Shown piece after piece: positions 37,241-50,876 of a DNA stretch of 64,000 nt. The notes under the pieces were generated by a model, which did no database searches, was not told the origin of the DNA, and worked only from the letters and a program-made list of their open reading frames with translations. Numbering within the stretch: the stretch's first letter is position 1; every line of letters starts with the position of its first letter. Location of the stretch: the NCBI GenBank assembly GCA_036172245.1, contig JAYWIR010000026.1, positions 1,736,001 through 1,800,000 on the forward strand, given 5' to 3'. The DNA comes from Raillietiella orientalis. Taxonomy: Eukaryota. The position numbers were made by a program, and so were the translations under genes.

Positions 37241-38659
37241 GACCTCTGACGTCAGTGATCAACGGGCACGCTCCAGTGACCTCCGCGAGCCAAGGGACGG
37301 TTTCCTCGACTCCGGCACGATCGGAGAGCTTCTTGTGCGCAGCGAACTAGTCGGACCCCTCGGTCGATCAGTGAGGTGCCGACAGAAAGCGTCGTGACGC
37401 GACCCGATGACGTCGCAGATGGGCACGACACTGACTAAGCAGCTTCTCAGGGCAGATTGGGCGGGCGGCCGCTTTCGGTGCGGAGCACGCTGGAGTCGCT
37501 TCGGCGGAGCCACAGTGGCGCACCGATCCACGACGACGCAGATCCGAAAGAGCAGACCGGAAGGCGCCAGATGGCAAACCAGAATAGAGGAGGGAAGAGG
37601 AAGTAAAGGAGTTGATCTCCCTGGTACATGGAGCTTCTTCGGTTGGAGAGCAGCAAAGGAGCCGCTTCGGACTTCGCAGCTCCCGCTTCCAGAGACTTCT
37701 CCCGAAGCTCCCTGGGGCCACACTGACCACCCTCTCCACTCTTCTGTTCGAAAGGAAAGCATCCATCCCTAAAAGCTCCCGGTTCTGGATTCCAGCGAAA
37801 CGCCGAACACTCATGCGTGCAGCGTGTTGTTAGGATTGACCATCCTCGCTCTCTGCTGTAGCAAAAAAAAAAAAAAAGGAACGTCTCTAAAGACAAAGGA
37901 AGGATTAGCGAGACTGTTTACTCTAGCGGGTTCGGCTTTGTGCGTTTCCAAGTGAGCCGCTGCCATCAGGAAAGAAAGAAAGAAGGGGGGGGGGAGGCGG
38001 AGGGCTTCTGAAAGGTGGTGCTTACCACCTTTCCGAAATCCTCACCTTTGTTAATGACCTGCGATCCAGTCAGCTCGCTGCAGACGCGTGAAGTTGCTGC
38101 TGCCGTTTATGGGTCGTTACCGTTGGCCGCGTTCATGTGGCCAAGCGAGAAAGCGGCCATCAGAAATTGCTCCTCCCCCTCCCTCCTCAATCACTCGGAA
38201 CGCCGCCGCTGCTGCTGCGTCGGTGCTCGGGTGCTGACGACGCTGATGACTTAACGTTTCCCGATTCATTAAGGAGGGGAAACCACGGCATTTCGGACGC
38301 TTTCCTTCTCCTCGCTCCTTCTGCTTCAACGAAATGTCGGAGCCTGCGGAAATTCATCCGAAAATGACAGCCTCGACGCGGGTAGGCCTCTCCGGTTTTA
38401 AGTAGCAAGACTCCTGAGAAAGCCGCGTACTTACGTGGAGGAGGAGAAGAGAGAAGAAAAGAAAACAACGAAGACATGGGCAGTAAAGTGGACGGATTGC
38501 CGATGATCGGAAACGGAGACAGCTTCAAGTGTGTGTGTGAGGGGGGCGGGAGGTGGAAGGGGACAAGAATGTCAGGGAAGAGTTTTCGGCAGCTGACACT
38601 GGGAATGCGACTGCACCACCGGAGCTCTCAGGGGCGGCAGCTCGATCAGCACGTTCGAA

Positions 38660-39380
38660 TTCGCTCGTCAGTTTACAACATTTTCATAGGAGGAGTTGTA
38701 ATGCTGGCCAGAAGACCATTCCAAGTTAAGTGTAATTGCATGGTCACGCTTGCCACATGACTTATGGGCGGCGCATGCGGCTTTGCTAATTCTTGTTTAT
38801 GCAGATGTACGTTATTCGATTATATCGATACACGCTGATTAATCAACGCTGGTAAGCCTGCAGACTGTACAAGGATACGCAACAATGGCCTCAGCGCGAT
38901 GACGCGTCGGCGCGCTTTTCATGATTTCCGCGTACAGACGATAAATAAACACTTAACTGACAGTAACGTGCAATGGCAGCGGAGTTCACATATTTACGCA
39001 AAATGTGGCCGAGAAAATTTTAGGGTGAGAAATGGAAAGTGTTGGGGGTCGAAAGGTTCCGAATCACTTGGAATTACTTTGCGAGATCTCGCAGGTAGGC
39101 ATTTCTTTGTGTGTTCCTCTGGGTTGAAGCGTGGTGATCTGTTTGATAAAAAAAAAAAAAAAAAAGGTTGTAACAGTCGTTGCCACACAAGAATTTCGAG
39201 AAACATCTGGAAGTTTACCTAGTGAGATGGAGGAAATTATGAGTCTCTGTTCCGATTATGCTGTTTTTGGTACACTTCTGGAATTTGATAGCATACGCGC
39301 GCACCGGAACTCTGTACGCACAAATGTGCAATGGTTGCGAAGTTCGCGCTCGGTGACGTCAGTCGGCGATTGGTTCGAGT
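38660..39380. promoter_or_regulatory. AT-rich core-promoter-like island
   Basis: DRE TATCGATA (38823-38830), Inr-like TCAGTT on + (38668) and - (38960-38955), palindrome TGATTAATCA (38836), and CRE TGACGTCA (39355) next to ATTGG. Confidence 0.4.
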
Positions 39381-42300
39381 GATCTTCCAAGTACCGTTTC
39401 GGCCATTAGAGGGAAGATCGGACATTCAGGATCCAGAAGCTTTGAGCAAAAGTCCGTCACATCCAGTCTTCTGTAAACAAAGGTGGGGATAACAAGTTTT
39501 TCATGTTCGTACCTCTTCGTTTACAGAGGAAGAACTCGAAGTTCTGAAAGTCGATTTTTTATTGCCCTTCACGCAGGATGGGCAAATAACGTGTCGCTTT
39601 GAAAACACGCTATTTTAGATGTCTCACTTCCAGCCGGGGAGGGAGCAAACGTGGTTCCGCTGGACTTGGTATGAAGGCTTCTCTCTGAGCGAAAATTTGC
39701 GACGCAGCGTCGCACAGCAGCTGCTCTCATCTCGGGGCGACTGAGAAAGTGCGAGCGGTTTCTTTCGTACAGCCCCCTATTCTAAAGAAATGAGTGGGCC
39801 CGTCTCTCCTGCAGACCCTGAGTTGCCTTCTGGACTGGGTACCAGGGACACCAGGAAACACGAAAAAAATACAGGAAATAGAGAGGCACCAACGGAATTG
39901 GTTCTTTCCTTTATTAACACTTTCCAGAAAAATGCTGAAAAAGTACAGGGGATGCACTCCAGGGTCCCCTGTTCGCCGCTCGGACGTCAGCAAAAGACAA
40001 CTGCAAGCAACTCGATGCCTTGGCCGGCTCAAGCCGCCCTGAGGACCTCCAAGCAAACGACGCGTGCTCATAGCTCCATGGCTCCAGGACCACATCCAGA
40101 AAGAATCCCTCTAGGGCGCGGTTGGAGCTTAACCCATTGCTGAGGGCTCCAAAGTGTGGAATAAATGGGGAAGGGAAAATGAGTTCCGGCTCTTCCTCCC
40201 TGCCTTCGGCTTCTCCCGAAGTCTGCAGGCCAAGATGCGGTACTCAGAGCGTCTGCGCATCCCGCATACGTTGAGGGAACGCATGCACCTGACCCTCGGT
40301 GACGACGACTGCCCTTCCAAATTCGGGATTAAGAAACCCTCAGTCCGTAAGGTGCTCTGGAAAGGGGGTATCCACGCACACGTGTGCTTTGTAGATCGTG
40401 TTTCGAAGTCGAGCCCACTGGAGGCAGAGGCCGCTCAGTGGCGCCACTGAGTAGGAACAGCCGACACGGGAGGTGGGCTCATACTCCCAGTGTCCAGTTT
40501 TTCCCCTTCTCCGGAAAGGTTTTCCCTCACCGGAGCCAGGGCTTTTGCGCCTCCTTCCGGGAGCTTCACTCCCCCCCTCCTCTTAGCCTGCTCTCCGTGT
40601 TCTTCCCTCCACCAGGAAAAGGAGTCAATAAACGTCAGGAGGCCCAAGACAGGAAGCCAGATCGCGCCGGAGTCCCGCTCGGTATCCGGTGCGAAAGAAA
40701 TCCTTCATCGCTGATGGTGCTGTTTGGTGGCGTCCGGCTTCCTGCCCATCGGAGAGGAGCATTTCTCTCTCTGCTCGCGCCGCCGTCTCCTCGATGAAGG
40801 ACTTGTTTTCGCGCAGACGCAGCATCTCTTCGAGCTGAAATATCACCTCCGGGGCGATCGGCCTTCCGCGGTGTTTACGCAGCCCGCCCGCTCATCCCCG
40901 TTCGTCGCTTGCACCGACAGACGTTGATGCAACTGGCAGCTCTGAAGGAGGAGGAAAGAGACGGAGAGGCAGCTGCATCCAGTTTTATTTCTGTTCGACC
41001 GGCCGCCTAGACGATGGGTGCGAACCGTACGAGCAAGAAGGGGAAGAGAAGGAGGGGGGGGGGGGAAGAATAAGAATGACAGGAAAACCGCCGTCGCCAC
41101 CACGAACCAAACGCCGTCTCTGTGGTGCTGGGCGCAACGAAGCGGTGGCACACGCGTCTTCGCGGGAAGGGCGCGATGCGGGTCTCGATCGCCGCAGTGA
41201 GACCTGCAAAGCTCCGCCCGTGTAGGAGGCCGTCGCCGTCGTTGTTGTCGCCATGGTCGTAAAGGCAACACTTCGGTTTCCCAGAGCAACGAGAGCTCTA
41301 GGGAGATCCCCAATTGCAAACCTGAGCGAACGAGGCTGGAACCACGCCTCTCCGCGAGGAAGGATAAGGCTGCCCCACTTCTCTGCGCCGGTAAGCGAGC
41401 GCAGAGAAGTGGGGTCGGGAAGAGTTCCGGAGGGGCTATCAGATCCCGCAGAGGACATATGCGGGAAGGAAAATCTCTTGCAAGTACAGCGCGCATCTTC
41501 CTCAGTCTGCCCTTGCGACCCTTCCTGATGAGCTGCGCGCTCCGCAAGAAAGTAGGGCGCAGGAAAGTGGCCGAGGAGCCGACGGGAGCGACGCGCTGGC
41601 GGCAGCAGCAACAGCTTCTCCATCTTTTCCCATCCTGAGCATAGCGGCCACATAGGAAGGCGACTAGGAAGCGTCGGAAAAAGGGGGTGCCGGAGAACCA
41701 GCAGGCCGGCCGTACCTCAGCGAGTGCCGTAGCCACTGCGAGATCCCAACTCTTTCCTCAGGAACAACCAGAAAAATGCATTGAAAGGGATCTCGGTGTG
41801 AACACCGAGATCCTTTTCAATTCAAATTCCACCTTGGGCTCCATCAAAGACGATCGTACAGGGATTCGTACGTCTTGGACTTTTTTTTTCTTCTTTCAAC
41901 TCCGTTTCTCTCTTCGTCCGCGAAGAAGTGGAGAACGGAGGAGGGAAGGGAGAAATAATGAGCCGTGGGTTTCGGGGGAATCTTCCCTTCTGCTCCTCTG
42001 TCTTTCTTGAAGGACGATGGAGGACTTTTTCGGCAAGACGGCCGAGCACCCTCAATCTTACAGCGCCCCTCGATGAGAGAGGGCCCTCTGGCTGCAGTTG
42101 CCGAAAAAGACGTGCGCGATGGACAGCGAGGGAGCAATGTCGAAACGAAGAAGGATGAAGGAGAGATCATGCAGCAACAGCACCAAGAATGTGCAGGAAT
42201 GTCTGTTTTATCAAGGCTTCCAGCCCGACACACCCCGATGCGACGTCCAGGCACCTAGCGAGGACCATCTTTCCTTCACCGAAACTGGGAACCCCCGATT

Positions 42301-45300
42301 TTTCCCTCCGACGTTGCAGCGGCAGCTTGGCTTTGGACGAGGCATCAAAAAGAGGCGAAGCTTTGCAGAAGCCAGAGTGTCAATCTTCTGACTGCTCTTC
42401 CGGAGCCACTGGACATCGTGCGATGCTGAGGCCGCCGCGGCTTCGCTTTTTCCGAGTGCGAAAGCGGCAAGGGGCGGTGGCAGTGGCAGCGACACTGGTC
42501 GCCTCTTGAGTGTGTTCACGCTCTCTCTCCCGGAAAGCGCCATCTGAGTCCCGCCGTTCCGTATGCGCACCCTCAACGTTCTCCGCTCACGTGCGCAAAG
42601 TCCTGCGACTGGCACCTTCAGCGCAGTCTTCCATTTGGCGCGCACTTGTAACAGCCGTCGTGAGCGCTGCAGGAGGTGACGGACGGCAAATGTCCCACGT
42701 TGAGACAACGCCACGCGACTCCAAACCCCCCTCCAGGGTCGCAGAGGCGCGGTGGTGGGGCGAGTGGGAGGAGCCGATGAAGAGCAAAAAGAATGAGGAA
42801 GGAAAGCGTCGTCGTCATGGCCTCGCCACCCGCGCCCCTCCTTCGCATGCAGTGCTGGTAGCTTACCCGCGGGTGTGCTTCTTCCGCAGTCCGCCCTCCT
42901 CTTCGGAAGGACGAGTTGCCAGGGAAAGGAAAGCGGCGAGAGAGAGGGAGACGAAGATCCGGTGCCTTCCAAAGAAGTGGCTCCGTCTGCTCCGAGGAGG
43001 AGAACGGAGTCGGCGTGATCTGAGAAAGACGGCGGGGTCGAACGTCCCTGGCTCCTGTCCGCCTGCGGCACTGCCTACTACGTTTGCACGCCCTCCCTTC
43101 CCCCTCTCCTCTCCAGGCATACCGCTGTCTGTACTCCGTCAGCGGATAGACGGGTCAAAAAGCCCTCTTCCAGCTTCCCCCCTTCCAAGACTCCCTTTGG
43201 GTGAAGGTCTTGGATCGCTACCCAGGGACGGACTTGTCTGAGGCGGCAGGATGCAAAGGCAACGGCCTTTGCATCCTGCCGGCATCTTTGCAGGGAATCG
43301 CGTCATCGATGGCACACGACGGGGTGCTACGAGGCTTGCGCGCGTGGCACCAGGCGTGTGGGGGGGGGAGGAAGGGAAGCCTCCATCCCAGGCAGGCTTT
43401 CCCTCTCCCGTCCGACTGGTAAGTCCTCCTGAGGAAGAGACTCCGGAAGTCCCTGGTCGGCTCCTGGGAGTCCCGCGAAGGAGACGCCTTCCTGGCGCTC
43501 CTAGCTTCCGCAACGGCCGCGCAGCATCCCGTAACCCACGGAACGCGGGGGGACCCTGTCCTCTTCCGCTCTCCCTCCCTATACTGCAGAGGGGGAGGAG
43601 AGTAGGGTAAGTCTCGTTAGGCCAGTCGCTTCTCGGAGCTCCCGCTGGGAAGAACGGCGGAACCTCCCATTCCGAGGAAGGTGGCGGAGCGAGTCCTCCG
43701 CACCAGATCCATAGGGCGGAGAAGCACCTTCCAGGCGCCCCGTCGCTCGTAGGAGCGCATCTCCAGCCCCTGGCGGCGGCGCCTACGGCTGTCCTCTTCT
43801 CCCACGCCCCTGACCGGTGACCCGGCCGAAGGGGAGCGGCGGCACTGGCGGCGCGCCGAGTACCCCTCACCGAGGTCGGCCGTCACACAGCAAGGGAGCG
43901 GGGATGTCTCGAGGCGGAGTAGTGGAAGCTCCAAAGGGGGGCGGGTGCTAGGGAGGACAAAGGCGACCCTCCCTCGCCGCTGCGGGCTAGCGTCTGGACC
44001 TTGGGGCAGGTGGTGAACTCCTCCGCCTCTGTTCCCACGCGGCCGGTGACACTGGGGGGGTAGGAAAGCACCTCCCCGTCGTTAGGAGTCACGTGGGCAT
44101 ACGAGGGAGAACGGTGCGCCACGGCCAAGGACACTCCAGCACACGTCGTTCCGCTGCGACTTTACCCGTTGCGCGCGAGGGGCACCACCGCACCGCGCCC
44201 TCCCTCTCCCCACCGGTTGTGCGCGGTGCGATACTGCAGAAGCCAGTCATGTGCTGGGTGGTGGCGCCTTCACTCCCCCTCCTGGGTCGCAAGGGTTCGC
44301 CACCGGCACTGACGACGGAACGCAGCTGGTGGTGCGCGTCGGCACGAGTTTCAGAGGCGGCGGCAGCGACTACCAGCAGGCTCCGAGCTAGCATCCTCTG
44401 CTGCTGCAGCGGCCGCGGATGGGGGGGAAGGGGGGGGGGGTGAAGACCACTTTCGCGCGCGATGCCAGCATGGCGGCCAGCTTTCGTGAGAGGGACTCCC
44501 ACTTTCACGCTTCCGGCTCGCGCGCATCACGAAAGGTGGGCGAGGAGAGGCCCTGCCTTCCTTCCCCCTGGTACATACCTCTGTTTGCGAAAAGCATACC
44601 GACGTGTTGTTTACAGCACCCCCTTCACTTCCGTTCCCGTAAACTGTCGATAACCTTCTAGGGTGTTCGGTATTGGCTCTTCTTTTGCTTTCTTGTTTTT
44701 CGACCTCTTGTGATACGCGAATAATTGCGCATTTCCATATTGGAATTTTCCCATTACGCTTCTGATGCGACGCGCTGTGTAAAATTCCACACACGCGTGG
44801 CGCAAACGGGCCTACGAGTGCAACACTTGATTGGATGCAATCACTAATTAAAGGAGCGTTCAAAAAACATCTTCTGCTGCCAAGCAACGCAAGGCGGATC
44901 GAATCGGGCGACGCGGACCTCCATTTTTTAGTTCCCGGAAGGAAGCTTCCAAGCGGGGAACACGCGCGCGGCATTTCCACTGAAGTACGCTTCCTTTTGT
45001 GCGTCATCCGGCTGGCTGCAGTGTTGCCACGTATTGTGCTTTGCGGTCTGTAAAAAATAAAGATGAAAATATGGCACACACACACACACACACTCAAAGG
45101 TGCAAACCCAAGACTGTCACCCATCCAATCTAAATTCACCAAATTGATGAAAAAAGAGGGAGCTATCCGCATGCCATTTAGAAACCACATCGCATGCTTG
45201 CATCCGGCAGTGGTGAATTACTTTATGCTTCCGCGTGATTCGAAATCTGCAATTGCGAAAACCTGGTAACAGCGTTGCATTTGCAGGGAAGGAGCGTTTG

Positions 45301-47945
45301 AAAAAGAAGAGGAAAAAAAAAAAAAAGCATTGAAATCTACAGGAGCAGACTGGCACTCTGACGAGAAAAAGCACCTTGCTTATTGATTGTTTTTTTTTTT
45401 TTTTTTTTTCTCAAGAAATAGGTTGGATTATTTATTGCGAACGCCTCTTCTTTTATTCGGCAGGAAATGATCGTAAAAAAGAAAATCAAATTATTAACAT
45501 AATAATCAATAAACTTCGAAGGAGAGCATGATGGAAGACTGTTGGATACCAACATTAAGGAGGAATTGCCACGGCACTCCGAATAAATTACAAGATCGAA
45601 AAAATAAGATGTTCCCAGGAAGCGCTGCTGCGGTGACTTGCGGATGCGTTCCGAGGTAAACACGCTCCTCCAAAATTCCTCTGCCGCACTCTTCGCTGGG
45701 GAGCCTCTGCCTGCGCGCTCTTCCCCTTTCCTTTTCGGGCGCGCATTCCGTTTGCTGTTCCTCCCCTGTGGCACCTGAGCGCGTTCTTCAATGTGCTGAT
45801 CTCACCTCTCGGGCGGGGAGCCTCCCCTCGCGCTCTTCCTTCCACATGGCAGCATGAGAACTCGAATCCTCCTCCTCCCCTCCACCCCACCTCGATCCCT
45901 CTGCGGGAAAAGGAGAACCGGGGTTCGGAGGAAGGAGAGGAAGGCCGGGAATTTCGCTTTGTCGTCGCCGCTGCCTCTCTCCGTCCACGTGACGTGGCAG
46001 CCGCTCCGCGAGCGAACAGCGGCAGCGGGAAAGCACGCGAGCCTTTCGGTCGCACCCCCACCCTTTGTTGCCCATTCCGGGGAGCGCGACCCCCACCTCG
46101 GTCCTCGCCACTGGGGGCGTTCGCTCCCCCCTCTTCCCCACCTCTCGGATCGCCGAAAATAGCCATCGGGCTCCTAATAATAGTGTCTGCCTCTGCGTTG
46201 CAAGACACTCGCATCCGGGAACGCCATCTTGGACGCTCCGTTGCTTCATTCGAGACGAACTCTCTCTTGCGCCCAAATCTTTGGTACCCGTTCGTCCCCG
46301 ACCCTCTGGGGACCCGGCCGGCGTCCTTGCAAGGGAGCTTGGAACCGTCTCCTCCCTTCCTTCTCCTTCTTTCCTTCCTTCCTGCCTGGCAGTCCAGCAG
46401 CGACCCAACAGGAGGGCGTCCGAGAATGAGATCAATCTCACCGGTCCGGGCAGTGAGACTGCGCCGAAGCTGGAGACGGAGGCCGGCCAGCGCCTGACCA
46501 CGCGTGCCTTTCGCGATCCACACACTCGTGGGCAGCGACGGCAGAGACTCTCGCAGCGGTGGCCCTGACTAACGACGGAAAAGCAGCATTCGGACTGCCC
46601 CCCTCTTTCCCCTCCTATCAGAGGAGGCGGCGTTCCTCCGGGAGATGCTGTTCTCGTCCCCGCCGCACGCCCAGGGACGACTGCGCACACCTTCGGGACG
46701 GAACGGAAGGCGATCCGGGAGATTCCGGGAGTCGAAGGACTCTCCGTCTTTCTCGGAGTCCGATGTGGGGGTCCAATAAGGAGTGCGGCGGTCACGCTTG
46801 GCTACGCCTTGGCAGGGCAGGGCGGGTGAGTCGGGGCTGCAGTCGGGTCGCAGCTGCCTCCCGGGTCTCCCCCCGACCCAGAAGGAACCTGCTTGCTCGG
46901 GTCTTTGGGACTCGTCTTCCCCTTCCGCCCTTCAGCGGCGAGGGAGAAGCTCTTCGCCGGGGTCGCGACCCTTCGGGGAGGGACGGAAGAGGCACCCTTT
47001 CGCTCCATCCCCCTCCTCTTCTCCCGTCCTCCGGGCGAGGCCGGAAAAAGTCCGGTCCGCCGCCGCCGGCACGCGCGCTCCCCCCGAAGGACGGGATGGG
47101 CGGGGAAAGGGAGCGAGGGGGGGAGGGAGGGGGAGGGACAAGGCGGCGGTGGCCCCAGCGCCGAGCGCGACGGGCCCGTCCGCAGCGGCGACGCTTGGCC
47201 GTCCCAGCGCCAGACGCGCGCTGATTTATCGGGAGCGCCAGACGCGTTGATTTATTCCCCCTCGGAGTCCGGAGACTCTGCAGCCGGGGAGCGCCATCAA
47301 TTCCGGTTTTATCACCCTCTCTGAGGGGATGATTGCAGAGTCCGCGTGTTTGCCCGCTGGACCTGACGAAGCGCCGCGGTCAGTACGGCGGCGGCGGGTC
47401 GCCTCTGACAGCGCGTGGGCGAGCCGCGGCGGCGGAGGACGTCCCCAGAGAGCGGAGAAGGGGAAAGGAGGACCAGGTCTTTTGAAGGAAAGTTGCTGCC
47501 CTGTCCCACCCCCATCCTGCCATTTCGCCCTGTCCCGGGAGGAGGAACGGGGGGTGACCAAAAGAAAACAGGCCGCGGTGTTTCCGTGGAGGCGGAAACG
47601 GGACGGCCCGTGGGACTGTGCCCAGAGGAACGCGGATTTTCGTGTGGGGAAGGGAGTGGTCGGGAGGACTGCAGGGTACCTTGGGCAGGAGATGTCCGCA
47701 GGAGCTTCTCGAGGGGGGAGAGCGGAAGGAGGGAGAAGCTCAGCTTCCTCACCAACCCGGCGCTGTGCTCCCGGCAAGGATGCCTTCGTTCCAGGGGTGC
47801 AACCTGCGGGCGAAAGGAGGAGGAGGAGGGAAGGGCATGGGATAGGAAGAAGGCCCAAAGAAGGCACCACCCGGCCCTCTTTCATCGCCCGTCACGGGCG
47901 CACATGTCGGAAGGTGCCTTGGTCCTAACCCGGGAGTTGCGAGAG

Positions 47946-47959
47946 GTTTCCATGGCAAC
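47946..47959. promoter_or_regulatory. RFX X-box, near-perfect
   Basis: GTTTCCATGGCAAC matches the consensus GTYNCCATGGNAAC. Confidence 0.6.
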
Positions 47960-50862
47960 CGTCAGTCTCCGAGGAGGAAGGAGCCGGTGCGAGACTCCAG
48001 GATGAAGGATGGGGAGGAGGACCTCAGCTGGCGCTCTGGGTTCCGACGCCAGGTGAAAACTCTGGACCGCGGCGGTAGGGGGCACATTGCCGCGGCGACG
48101 GTGGAAGGGACGCCTGGCAGCTTCCTGTGATCGGCGCCGCCGCTCCGCACTTCCCCGGCTCCCCGGAGGGACCTGCGGCGGCGGCGGCGGAAGTGTTGCG
48201 ACCTCTCGGAATGCCCGCGTTCGTTCCCCGAGGCTTCCATTTCGCCCTGTTCTGACCTTTTTTTCGCGTTTTCTGCAAGTGGCGCTTCGACCACGGGCGC
48301 GCCCTCCTGGGAAGGACCACCCGTGGCGGTCCCGGAGAGGAGGGACCCCGAGGGCGACGTCGCTCCTCCTTCGCCGCTGCCGCCGCGCCTCCTCTACCCT
48401 CGGTCGTCGGGCGTCGAGGGGGCGTCGCCCAAGCCTCTTTTTAATTAGCGACGCGCTCCCCCCGTTCCCGGGCGCCCGTCCTCCCCAGATGAGTGATGGG
48501 CGGCTGACCCGCTCGTCTCGCAGGTGACCTCCGTGCTCGCGCGAGCGCCCCTAGGGCGAGAGCCGGGTGGCGGCGTTCCGGAACGCCGGCGGAGGGGTTG
48601 GGAAGGGGGAAGAATCGCTCCAGGAGCTCCCGACCGTCGTGGACCTTCGCGTTGGTGCGGTGGCTCTGCTCTCCTCACCTCTTTCTCCCACGCTCCACGG
48701 GCACCGCTGCCATCGGGTGCATCCCCGCGAGCGCCACCAGGGTCGGGACCCGTGTCTCCCGCTCCCGCTTCCTTCCTGCGCCCACGCGCAGGTCTTCGCC
48801 GCGACCCTGGGACCCGAGAGGATACGCTCGCGGGCGCCAACCCGCCCTGAGGCGCCTTCCGCGCAGCCTCCTCCATCGCGAGAGGAGCCTCTGGACCGTG
48901 AGGACTCCCAGGGGCCGGAAGAGGACCCCTGCCTTTCGGGGAAGTCCGCAGGAGAGGGCAGCGGAGGTGGTGCGCCGTGCCTCCTTCGCCCCTACGGCGG
49001 GAACCCCACGGGAGGGCACGGGGACGTTCCGTTTCGGAGGGACTCCGGAATTCCCGGTTCCCTGTCCGCCCTTTATTGCCCCTCCCCCACTGCGTATGGA
49101 CTGCGGCGGCTCCATGGCAACCGGGAGCCGCTGACAGCACTGCGATCCGGACGGTTCCTCGCCCGCCTGCAGGGCGCCACCGAATCCGGGACCGAGTGCT
49201 GGTCACGTCGGGCCCTCTGGTGCGCCCTCACTTCTTGCGAGGAAGATCGCAGCCCCCAGCGGGCGTCTGGGGCAAGACGACCGGGGACCAAGGGATCCCG
49301 TCCTTCTATTTCGGAGCGCTTCCGCGCCACGCTCGGCGGTGGCGCCGTAGCCTGAGGCGAGGAGGGGAAGGAACTCTGCCTCCCCTCCCGCCCTCCGCTC
49401 AGGCCGGGTGCGGAAGGCCGCTCTCGGGAGGAAGCAGCCTCGCGCCCGGATCCTCCGCGGCAGATCGAGCAGCAGGAAGGCGGGGACCGCCGGGGTTCGA
49501 AGGAGGGCCGCTAGCGCGGGGGATGGGGCAGGGTCGTAGGCCCACGCCCGCAGCAGGAAGGGAGGAAGGCGGGGAGAGGGCCGAACGTGCGCGGCTAGAA
49601 GACCGCCTTCCCGTAAAATCCGTCGACGCGTCCTTTCTTTCCCCGGAGCGATCCACGAGGTCACGCATGCCAGCGTCAGTCGTTAGGTCGGGGTCCACCC
49701 CCTGTTTTTCCACTCCCGCCCTCCTCCGCCGGTCGGGGGGGCGGAACGGGAGGACCGCAGCTTCCTGGGTTGCGTCGGGCTGGTGCCACGTTCGCGCGGG
49801 AAGGAGGAGGTGTCCGCCTCAAGGGCATGACCTCTCCCTCCGAGATGGCGCACGTCCCCATGCCTCTGATCCTGCGGTGACCATCCAGCCTCTCCCTGGA
49901 CTCTTCCCGCCGGCCCACTACGACTGCCTCGGTCCGTGGGGATCTCGATCTCTGGAGCAAGGCCGTGACCGAGTAGGTAGTACAGCGCCGGCAACGGGAG
50001 GCCACCTTCTCTCCCTGGACTGGGTCTCTCTCACCGGTGCTGCCTCCCAAGGCGCGAGCCCTTCCCGGGGGGCGCGACCCCGGACCCTCTTTAGGAGCCG
50101 GCAGGAGGCTCGGCACCCCTCGGGGGATGCACGAACGCGCCTGTCCTCCCTCGCCCCTCTCGGACTCCCGCAACCCCTCCCTGCGCACCTTTCCCTCCTC
50201 GGTCTGGCCCGCCCTTCCGGTCGCCCCTCGCGTCAGGGAGGAGGGGCGTGAGGTTGGCTGCGGTGGTCGGTGAAGCTCGCGCAGGTCTGTGGTCCCTCCA
50301 TGAGGGAGGGAAAAGGGGGGAGGCAAAGGGGGGGAACGGAGAGAGACAGGAAGGAGCTTCCGGTCTCCATGGCAGTAGGGGAACACGAGGCGCCTCGGGT
50401 CAAGGTGGCGAGGGCTCTTTCTTCCATCCAGGGGACACTCCCTTCGCCCTTCGCCGAGCGGTCTTCCTTCCCTCGCCTTCGTGCAGGGAAGAAGGGAGGA
50501 GGGGAGGGTGTGATCGGATGCACTCCTTACGACCGGGTTAGCTGGCGACAGACGGAGGCAAAGGACGCCGCTGCCCACCCTCCTTGTTGGTGGCCCCTGG
50601 GGGAAGACCTCCCGCGACGGCCCCCACGAGGAAGGGGGGAAGCGAAGCTCGCGAAGGAGAAAGGGGGGGGAGGAGAGGAAAGGATGCAATCCCGCCCTAC
50701 ACCCTCTCTCCTGTTCTCTCTGTTCCCAGGACACGGATCCCGAACATCCCGCTCCACCGAGGGGATGCACCTCGTTCTCCTACCCCCCCCCCCCGACCCC
50801 TCTCGTCCCGGTAGACCCTGTCGTTCAAACCCCCCCCCCCCTTCTCTTGCGGCGATCGTTCG

Positions 50863-50876
50863 GTTGCCATGGCGAC
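50863..50876. promoter_or_regulatory. RFX X-box
   Basis: GTTGCCATGGCGAC. Confidence 0.5.

Noticed and set aside
7720..39362. Three perfect CRE palindromes TGACGTCA (7720, 37247, 39355)
   Set aside because: The count is only modestly above a rough chance expectation for an 8-mer in 64 kb.
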